From assembly GCA_020137815.1 (NCBI GenBank), contig CM035359.1, positions 1,178,001 through 1,242,000 on the forward strand: a stretch of 64,000 nucleotides of DNA, read 5' to 3'. A program made the translations under genes and the position numbers. Numbering within the stretch: the stretch's first letter is position 1; each line of letters opens with the position of its first letter. The notes beneath the pieces were generated by a model. The model worked only from the letters and a program-made list of their open reading frames with translations, was not told the origin of the DNA and did no database searches. This document shows, in pieces, positions 55,087 through 64,000 of this stretch. This DNA is from Hormiphora californensis (Eukaryota; Animalia; Ctenophora).

Positions 55087-56491
55087 TTTTAAAAAAAAAG
55101 AAACGAAAAATATTAAAATAAATTAAACCAATTAACCACTGTTTGTAAGATTGTTCGTTATCCTCTTGCCCTGGTATTGATGTTAACCTGCGGGCTGTAT
55201 TAAGTTGAGTGCAGGGCTCAACAATGCTACACAGGTTAGGCGTTAGCACGGAATATTACCTATGATGAACTTGTTTACAGATTGCTGTCTTGTTACTTTG
55301 TATTATTCGTTTCACTTCTCTTCTCCTGACTAAAATGCAGCTCAATTCTGTCTCAAGTTCTCATTTCCAACACACCTCCCAGTTACCACTGAACAGTCTC
55401 TCGGCCCTCGGGCCTTGCTAGTTGTATCACTAAATTACAGCTGAATTTTGTTCCGATATTATCGGTGGTTTTGTAGTTCATGGCTGCGGTGTTCCTCACG
55501 TTTTCCGGAGTTGGGTCAGACATTCCTGCCGGGCATTCTGCCGAAACGTTAAATCTTTGTTTTGAAAACAGATAGAATTTAGGAGGGAAAAGGGGTAGAA
55601 TAAATGGAAAAAGAGAATCAGGGAAGATTAATTGAAGGAGTACAATTTTATTAAGTAGTAGGGAAAAGAGATCGAGGGATGAACAGAGAAAAGAGAGGGA
55701 AATGTAACGTATGAACGATGGTCTGAAGTAGGGAGTAAAGATATAAGGTGTTGGTACATAATAAAAAAGATTTCAGATGTAATTAATTTGCCGATGTAAT
55801 TAATCATGATATCTTGGATCAATACACGTTAGAGATACAGATAGAGAGACCAAAGAGATGTAGAATCAACACTGCACACCTTGAACTAAATTACAAGGTT
55901 TGGTGCATGTATACTGCATGGTATATGTGTGAGGTAAATAAAGGTCGCTTACTGACCACTCTATCCGGAGGTAAACTGAGTAAATAACTCTAGATATAGG
56001 ATGAAACTAAAAAACACGGATCTTGTATTGATTGTGGAATCCGTTACTGATGTTTTAACAGTTCTTCTCTATGCTTGGACAACCACACAGGTTCAGAATC
56101 GTTGTGTGGAGGCGTTACACCACATATCTTAGCATGTGATGTAAATATTTTGAATAATCTTTTTACCGCCTAGTTTTTAGCTGGGATCAAGGGATCAAGG
56201 GATCAAGGGATAAGTTTCTTTCTGTAGTCTGGGTTTGCAGTGCGATCTACAAATTACAATAACACCAACAACAAGCTTTGGTTCCCAGGTATGTTACACA
56301 GCATGTGATATGTGAAGTGAATAAAGGTGACTTACTTATATAACATCAGCTCGGCAGAAAAGAACAAGAAGCAAAATGGCTGATAAAAAGGTAGTCTCTC
56401 TAAAGTGCACGTTTCAGAGTCTTACTGCACTTTAGGAAAAGAGAGAAACAAAATACCGGGGGGGGGGGGCAACTATATCACACACTAATTT

Positions 56492-56536
<45 letters not shown>

Positions 56537-57047
56537 GGTACCTGTTGGTCTATCCGGCTGTAGAGGACATCGATTTCTCGGATAGGAGCCTTCTCCTTGT
56601 TTCCGATTAACGGCGGAGAGAGGGAATGACTATCAGTTACCATTACTCCCGTTTGTTCGTATGCCATAAAACCCGCTAGAATTGAAGGCATGGTTAGAAC
56701 TTACAAAGGTCGGTTTGAACTTGGATCATGGTAAGATCTGTTTTTATTGTGTCGTTATCGACATTCGGAAAGTTGGGATCATAACAAAAAAAACTTGAAC
56801 AAATTTTTTCGTCCGATTTTGACGAAATAGTAGAAGCGGTTAGATCAGTCAGTATATAATATATCACAAACGTCGCACGGCACACGCTACCCTTTTTGTG
56901 CATTGTCATAACTCCTTCATTTCACATCCAGATATAATGACCTTCAAGTTTTCGATTGATCTCAATGAGAGATCTACAAAATACTTGGGATTCAAATTAT
57001 ATTCAATAAATTCAATGATTCATGAACCACTGAATTTATTGAATATA

Positions 57048-57130
57048 CAGTCGGACCCCGATTTACCGGAACCCCGATTTACCGGAACCCCGATTTACCG
57101 GGAGGATTTCTTTCCCCCGATTTTTTCGAA
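57048..57130 (+). mobile_element. Left end of a CAGTCGGACCCC MITE (a right-end fragment lies at ~28750-28826)
   Basis: TA|CAGTCGGACCCCGATTTACCGG followed by CCCCGATTTACCGG repeats. No matching right end was found nearby. Confidence 0.75.
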
Positions 57131-57724
57131 GTTTTGCCGGATTTTTTATCGGGAAAAACATTTAAACCGAAAATCATAAAAGCAATAATTTCGTCATATA
57201 TCTGTCGTCCTCCGGGTCAGGGCTCAACCAACGTGGCTTGTACGCTACCATGACAGGTCACACCCAACACAGTTCCATACTATAATAAAATAGATAAAAA
57301 AAATCCAACTGACAAGCACTAAAATCTCCACATCATAAGGTTTATTCTAAAAGTATAGGGATATTGCTAGGCAGTAGGCACTAGGCACTCACATACACTC
57401 ACAGACAAACAAACACACACAACACACACACACACACATACTCGCATACATACACACATAACACACACATAAAAAAAATTTCATAACTTTTTGCAAAATT
57501 TTACAGAAGACATCACACCTGACAGCCTTTGTCAAGAATTGCCGACCCTGCATTGAGAAGAAGGGGTTAGAATTTAGTCACATTTTATGAAGCACATTTT
57601 AGATGATTTAAATACATTTTTGACATCAAAACAATGATCACAATCTGACCCTGTCAGAGCATTGGCCTGACAGATCTGACCAGTGACACACAAAAATATT
57701 TTCTTGTTTTTGTAATTCTAGTAC

Positions 57725-57826
57725 CTGAACGTTGATGGGGATGATACCCTGCACATGGGGCAGTAACAGCTTATGAATGGGGTGCTGTCTAGGCAGGTTC
57801 CTGTAGGTCGCAACTCGCAATGGCAA
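57725..57826 (-). pseudogene. Isolated lipoxygenase-like exon fragment
   Basis: VATYRNLPRQHPIHKLLLPHVQGIIPINVQ followed by a GT donor. It fits the LOX segment AT-x-R-x-LP-x-x-HP-x-x-KLL-x-PH-x(6)-IN. Confidence 0.7.
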
Positions 57827-57872
57827 ACTTCACCAGGGTTACTGGGGTGATTTGGGTTACTAGGGTATGAAC

Positions 57873-57942
57873 TTGTTATGTTCTAACCCTCCTTTACATT
57901 TGTTTTGCGGGAGGGCGCGCGAAACACAGTCTAGCTAGGCAA
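57873..57942. mobile_element. 70-bp mini-element with 8-bp TSD; inverted relative at 29761-29817
   Basis: TTG...CAA ends with GTATGAAC at both flanks. Confidence 0.7.
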
Positions 57943-58115
57943 GTATGAACTATGAAGGAGCTGATATAAAGCCGGGGAACAAGTAATACCCACGTACTAC
58001 CATGTGCAGTAAGTGCAAGCCCACATTAGCACACAATTCCGCACTGTCAATGTTCTGACAGGTTCCGCAAGCCCACTAATATATTGTGGTTGTTGTATTG
58101 CTTGTGTGTTTAACG

Positions 58116-60309
58116 ATGATCCCACGACATGATAGTGTTAGTCTGGGTCTGATACGGTTGGCAACGTTTCAAGACATTTCAGCCCTAATCGAGGCAGGGA
58201 AATTAGAGGAGTTGGAAAGTCTTCTAAATCTCCACGGATCACGAGTCCAGATAGAGCCAAGATTTGGTTGCTCAGAGCTTCACTATTCCAGGTTTAATCT
58301 AGCCAACGTGCTGGATGAGAGTGGTATTGGGGACACACCCCTGATAGTTGCAGCACGATCCAGCCCCGAGGCAGTGACCCTGATCTTGGAATATGGTGGG
58401 AACCCAAACCATACTAACCAGGACGGGGAGAGCCCAAGGGGATATGTCCTCAATTGACACCCTGCTGAATGCTGGAGCCAACTTAGCAGCAGCTGTTATC
58501 AAACTCACATCAGCCCTGCGGGAGGCTGACTACGAAAGCGACGACCTGACATTCAGAATCCAACCCCTCCGGATTCTCTTAACTACTAAATCCTATCTGC
58601 AATGCCGGGACCCCATCAGTTCGGCAGTTGATGTTAGGAAAAGCATCTTAGATGTGGTCGATGTCAAAATAGAGTTTAAGAAAGAGTTACAGACTTTAGC
58701 AGCGGACGCAGACAAGTTTACCTATCAGTTCTTGGATTGTTGCGATCTAATGAGCGAGGCAAAGATAATATTCTTGGGGGAAAAGGGCCAGCATGTAATG
58801 AAACTTTCCATGGACAGCGGGAACAAGATGTTTATATCGCATCCCTTTACTCAGCGGCTAATTCGAGATCAATGGAACATGGATTTGAACAATTCCATAC
58901 CCCGTATTGCAGCAAAGCGGTTCTTTAGTTTCATTCTTCTACCTGTATACCTGGTACTCTTCTGGACAGGCCTCGATAAGAGAGGGTCCGGATCTATTCT
59001 AGAATCCCGGTTTGGAGAGCACATGCGATTTATCATGATCCCTAAAATCTGTTTCATAGCGGACTTTGTCAACTATTGCATCTTTGTCCTGATAGTGCTC
59101 GACCATGATTACTATCCTAACTCGTTTTATGCCATACCGGTGGCTGGCGTCTGTGCTCTGGTTCGGCTGATCCTCGCTGTTGACCAGTGCGTACACCAAA
59201 GATTCTCACGATACTTTGGAAACACATGGAACATTTTTGAAATGTTTATAACTCTTTTGTTCATCTTCGCAGCCCTCTTGTACATCCTTGGAAAAGCAGA
59301 CTCAGAACTTAGAAAAGAGTTGTCTGAAATGGCCAGTTATTTCTTTTCCGTTGCAATTTTTGGTCTGTTTGTTATTTGGTTGAGGTTCATAGAATATACT
59401 TTTGAGAAAGTTGGACCTCTCATTATATCCATCAAGTGCCTCCTGGTGGATATCCTCCGATTTGTAATTTTATTAATGTACACTGTAATGGCCGGGGCTA
59501 GCTTTTCCTTAAAATATGTCGTTACATCCGCAAAGGATATAAAAAGAGAATTCTCTTCGGGTGCCATGAATGCATCAAATAGCACAGAACCAAATAACAA
59601 ACCGTACTGGTTCTTACTTGGATTTATGATAAAGTCGACAGTCGGTGCAAGCGAACTAAGTGTGAGTAGAATGCAAACAGTGCAGTGTTAACCCTCCCCC
59701 CCCCCATGTTAACCCCCCTCCCTCTCCAGGATCTGGATGAGCTGGATATCGATGGAGAGTGGGGAAGCTACACTCGGTTTATGATTCAAGGCATTGTGAT
59801 TGTGTACATGACCATATCTGTGACAATCATGCTAAATATTCTTATTGCCATGCTAAACACTTCTTATGAGAGTATTCAGGAGAATAGTGATTTGGAGTGG
59901 AAATTCTCTCGGGCAGTTCTTCTAGCAGTAAGTGTAAAGGTCAGAGAAGATGTGCAACTGTTATACGATGTACTTGTAGAGCCTGAGAGAGATGTATATA
60001 CCCGTTGTGCCCGCTGGAGGCTGGTGAGTGTTTGATTCAATTCCGATACTGGCACTTAATAGACGCCTGTTTTAATTCCCATTTTCTCAGGACTACCGGC
60101 ACGGACAGCCCTTCATCTTTCCCTGGAACGTCTTCCTCCTGCCCCTGACATGCTGGTTTAGAAGCCAACTAAAATCTCAGCCAACACCAACAAAAGATCT
60201 GGAGGGTATGGAGAGCAGCAGAAAGGCTTTAATAGATAAACTGTGTGAGAGATATGAGAGAAGGAATGCTGACACTAGTAATATCTGCTCGAAATGTAAA
60301 ACTTGTTAA
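58116..60309 (+). CDS. TRPC-like cation channel (ankyrin repeats, 6 TM segments, TRP box). Exons ~58116-59661, 59730-59927, 60091-60309; frameshift near 58440
   Basis: GDTPLIVAA ankyrin, DPI...IEFKKE...KFTYQFLDCC, KMFISHPFTQ, MLNILIAMLNTSYE, TRP box EWKFSR, then FPWNV. The start codon is uncertain. Confidence 0.85.
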
Positions 60310-60689
60310 AACTTGTTTTGAAGTGGGTGATATTCCATAGATTTGTTAATCATATTGCGTTGTTTTAGAAATTATCAATTATATTGAGCCCGTTTATTAA
60401 TTTTACCAGTAGGTAAACTCATACAAAATGTTAGGCAGTACCAGTAGGAAAACCCCTACAAGTTGTTAATCTCGGGAGAGAGTCTGTAAGTACATTTTGG
60501 CTAGCATCCAGGAGAGGTATTCGTGGGAGTCCTCCTCAGCCTGTACAGGGGGAGGAAACCAGAACGAGGGAGCTGGGAGCCTCCTTACCATTCTTGTATT
60601 ATATTCTATCCTGGAGAGGAGGGGAGAAGAGGTAGTGGCAGGAGAGAGGGTCGGGTAATTGGGAGAGGGAGGGAAGATGGGGGAGCACG

Positions 60690-60903
60690 GATCTGGATCG
60701 TCCGTGGAGGGGAGTTGGGTCGGCGTCTTTTCCTTTCCGAGCAAGTGATTTAGTATTTGATACAAAGCAGCATGATTACCGTCTGCGGCCTGGAGACGCT
60801 GTTGGAAGAATTCTCTTCTAGTGCGATTGAATAACTTTTCGGCCATAAGAACTCTTTCGTGGCAAACTGGTTTGTTCTTTTGCTTCTGTTTAAGGGCTTT
60901 TTT
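60690..60903 (-). mobile_element. CR1/L2-like ORF2 linker fragment
   Basis: RREFFQQRL...ALYQILNHLLG...LP resembles KALQRKLNRLLG...LLP of the LINE at 36.5 kb. Confidence 0.55.
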
Positions 60904-61700
60904 GTACTTACTTACTTGATACTTGGTTCGGTCTCCTCAATCATTCGAGTGGCCGGCTCCAAGTATCCTCGCTCGTAGCGACGTGAGCTGTCTCCATTCA
61001 TTTCTGTTCTCTGCATGCAGTGTTAGTAATAGCACGGAGATACTGGGATTGACCCATAGCGTCTCGATAATCGTTCAGAACACAGGAAGTCCAGGTTTTA
61101 CGCGGTTTTCCTCTGGAACGTCTCCCATGACTAGGCACCCAGTGATAGAGTTTGTTAGGCACCCTACCCTCAGGCATTCTAATCAGGTGTCCAAACCAGC
61201 GGAGTCTCCCATTGCCAATGAACTTCGAGATTTGTTCTATCCCCGCCCTCTCCAGTACCTCCCTGTTAGATACTCTCCTAAACCACTGTATTCTCTGGAT
61301 TCTACGCAGGCACCGTTGGTGGAACGCCTCCACACGGCGATCTCGGACCTGTGTAGTTGTCCATGCCTCACAACCATAGAGAAGCACCGTCAGAACAGCA
61401 GCCCTGTAAATCCTAATCTTGGTACAGGTCCTGATAGTACGGTTGTACCAGATCCTACAGAGCATACTGAATGCACTATATGCCTTCCCTATCCTGATAC
61501 CCAGCTCCTTGTCGATGGTACCATCAGAGGACATAGCCGATCCGAGATAGGTAAAATTGGTCACCTGCTCAGCAGAATTGCCCTCCACAGATATGTTGAC
61601 CGTATCCGCCTCCGAAAAAGGACGCTGGTTAAGACCCTTAAATGCCATAACTTTAGTCTTTTTCGCATTGATCTTCAAACCAGCATACCTGATACCCTGC
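60904..61700 (-). mobile_element. 5'-truncated RTE-clade LINE
   Basis: INAKKTKVM, FTYLGS, KIRIYRAAVLTVLLYGCEAW, RLRWFGHLIRM, GKPRKTW; (AAGT)n tail at ~60905-60917. Confidence 0.9.
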
Positions 61701-61932
61701 GTATTTAGCCAGTAAATCCGTTGACTCCTGGAGCCCTTCCTCTGTTCGGGGTTATAACAATAACAATAACATTTAAAATATTTAAATCGCTTTTGAGCGA
61801 AAAGTGTTTATCTCGATCGACTTATATTAAAGCGTCCTTTCGATCAAAACTCGCTTTCTAAAGCGCATCTTCTTGTGATGTACTTTGAAAAGTCATTTGG
61901 AAAGGTTAAATAGAATGATGTGTTGTGTCATC

Positions 61933-62653
61933 TTACACACACTCTATTAATCCCTTTCTTAGTCTATATTGTTTATCTGAATTTTCACTCCTTAATCTTT
62001 TCAGGGACTCAAGAGTTTTACGTCTCAACTCCCTCTCCTCAAATGTCCTGTCCGGACCAATGTACACATTATGAAAATTATCCGACTGTCTCAGCTCCTT
62101 TGCCTTCTTCAACAAGGTTAACAGATTCTCCCTCGACGACAGGGTGGCAATCATTGGCCGAGTCTTGTTCTCAGCTTTTGCTCCAACACGCTTCACGTCG
62201 GTGAGTTTCATCCTTTCATTCAACTCCTCTAAAATTTTTTCTACAGATAACCTTGATTTCTATATCCATTTTACTAATTGAACCGGTACCCCGGCTTTCT
62301 ACTGCTTTATGGTCCTCTTTAGCAGTGGCGGCTGTATCAGCTGGACCCTTCTCCTCCTCAAGATTGAAGATCATAAGGTTACTGCTCCTGTCAACTTCAT
62401 CTGTGATCGGTGCAACCGATTTCTTGAGCACATTCTGTAACTTAGATGGGGCAGTAGCAGCAGCACAATTAGTCGAAATGACTGTGGAGAACGATTTCAT
62501 TTCTCTCTTGACAGTGTCTGTTACAGCTTTAGCAGCAGAGAGGCCCTCATCCTGAAGATCAATCACTTTTTTCTGCAACTCAATAACCTGCTTCTGACAC
62601 TTTAGCAACTCCTGCTCCAAACTTCGAACAACTTTCGAGTGTTCAATCTCCAT
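61933..62653 (-). mobile_element. Disrupted LINE ORF1 (coiled coil plus RRM/CTD type)
   Basis: DRSSNLMIFNLEE, RVG...RPMIATL, VYIGPDRTFEERELRR. Broken near 62220-62300. Confidence 0.7.
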
Positions 62654-62659
62654 TTCTTC

Positions 62660-64000
62660 TGCCGATTTCGATCTGAACTGTGTCTTGCGGGTCCAGGCCT
62701 GGGTTATTTCCCCAACGCTAAAAAGTCTATCCTCCTAGTTAAACCCCAATTCCTTGCTTCTGCCAAGTCCCTATTCAGTAACACAAACATTCAAATCCTG
62801 ACAGAAGGAACAAGGTATCTAGGCGCACCCCTTGGCTCTGATAGCTTCAGAGATCAGTTTGTCTCTGACCAAGTCAGTGGTTGGTGCCGTCAGCTAGAGG
62901 AGCTTTCATCTGCCTCCGAGACGGAACCCCAAGCGTCATTTTCAGCTTTCTGTGTAGGACTATCGAAAAAGTGGCTGTTCTTGATGCGCACTACGCCCTG
63001 TATATCACACCTCTTTCTCCCTCTGGAGCAAACCATCAGGACTCTCTTCCTTCCCAAAACCATAACTCCTCACTTTAGCGACACCCACAGAAACATTTTC
63101 AGCCTCCCTGCTAGGAATGGAGGTATTGGCATATCTGATCCCACCAAAATCGCGGATGACGAGTATGCTAGATCTGTTGAGGCTACTGCCCCCCTCTCTG
63201 AACTTATAAACGAACAGAATACACACATTACCTCAGAGAGAGCGGACAGAGCCACAGTGGATCTCAGTGTTGCCAAACACAAAGTTCTAACGGCTAAGAG
63301 AGCGAAACAGAAAGCTGAACTTGAAACTGCATCAGCTGAACTAGACCCCCGACAACAACGTCTCCACGAGGAACTGTGCCAACGCGGAGCCTCCACCTGG
63401 GTTACAACCCTCCCGCTCGCTGAACACGGCTTTCTTCTCAACAAAGGGGAGTTTCACGATGCTATGGCTCTACGGTATGATTTCCCAATTGAAGGTATAT
63501 CCCATACCTGCATGTGTGGAAAGCCTAACAGTATGGAGCACTGTCTCTCATGTCCCCTTGGTGGCTACGTTCATCTCCGCCACAATCAAATACGGGACCT
63601 CACTGCGAATCTTCTGTCCGAGGCTGGATGCACAGTCCACAGACGTTACTATTGAACCACATCTCCTTCCCATCACTGGAGAGCATTTCAAATACAAGAG
63701 TGCCAACACCGATGATCAAGCCAGGCTTGACGTGTCTGCTAGGAAGGTTTGGTAACGAAGTTACCCCTCCCTTGCCGGCGCGCGAAGCGCGCCAAACGAA
63801 GGCCGCGAAGCGGCCTGAGTGAGAGTGTGAGGTGTCTTGGATACCAATAGGAAGGTATGGGTTGACATGGACAAAACCTTCCTTGACATCAGAGTGTTTA
63901 ACTCACGTGCCGACTCCAACATCAAAAAGTCATTGAAATCGGCCTTGGCTTCTCACGAGAAAGAGAAAAAGAGGGTGTATAACGAACGAATCCTGGAAGT
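62660..64000 (+). mobile_element. 5'-truncated CRE-like non-LTR retrotransposon (RT thumb, Zn knuckle, restriction-like endonuclease)
   Basis: GYFPNAKKS, RYLGAPLG, LPARNGGIGI, GASTWVTTLP, CMCG...HCLSCPLGG, RHNQIRD, RLDVSAR, FLDIRVFN. There is a frameshift near 63635 and an insertion at 63749. Confidence 0.85.
63749..63847. mobile_element. 99-bp TTGGT-terminus mini-transposon with 9-bp TSD
   Basis: TSD TAGGAAGGT at 63740-63748 and 63848-63856. Removal restores DVSARKVWVDMDKTFLDIRVFN. Confidence 0.87.

Noticed and set aside
55950-56700. Small putative exons (e.g. 56691-56542)
   Set aside because: Splice-like signals are present, but there is no recognisable protein or consistent gene model.

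Overview
Animal (non-bacterial) genomic DNA that is dense in transposons and assembled from error-prone long reads. Two abundant short repeats (the 109-bp CAGGAACCGACC element and the CAGTCGGACCCCGATTTA element) resemble repeats I recall from the ctenophore Pleurobrachia; this attribution is recollection, not a search result. Four spliced genes run on the minus strand: Dishevelled (DIX-domain exons, continuing off the left edge), a CLK/LAMMER kinase, SF3B2 with an apparent long Ala/Glu-rich N-terminal extension, and a CCDC89-like coiled-coil gene. The plus strand carries a secreted F-type-lectin/discoidin-like gene and a frameshifted TRPC-like channel. Introns hold nested non-autonomous DNA transposons identified by their termini and target-site duplications (Tc1/pogo-like, Academ-like, Merlin-like, hAT, piggyBac, Transib, MULE-like), plus CR1/L2-group, RTE and CRE retrotransposons. 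Most notable observations: (1) tandem arrays built from duplicated exon-intron junctions in three genes, with one apparently exonised older copy in Dishevelled; (2) a Transib element with CACAGTG ends and a 13/23 RSS-like spacer asymmetry; (3) a LINE with an in-phase A_AAA_AAC -1 slippery site in the ORF1/ORF2 overlap; (4) 59-99 bp minimal transposons with 9-bp TSDs. Several segments (about 2.9-4.05, 26.2-27.3, 47.5-48.8 and 50.6-54.0 kb) look like degraded-read or false-duplication artefacts.
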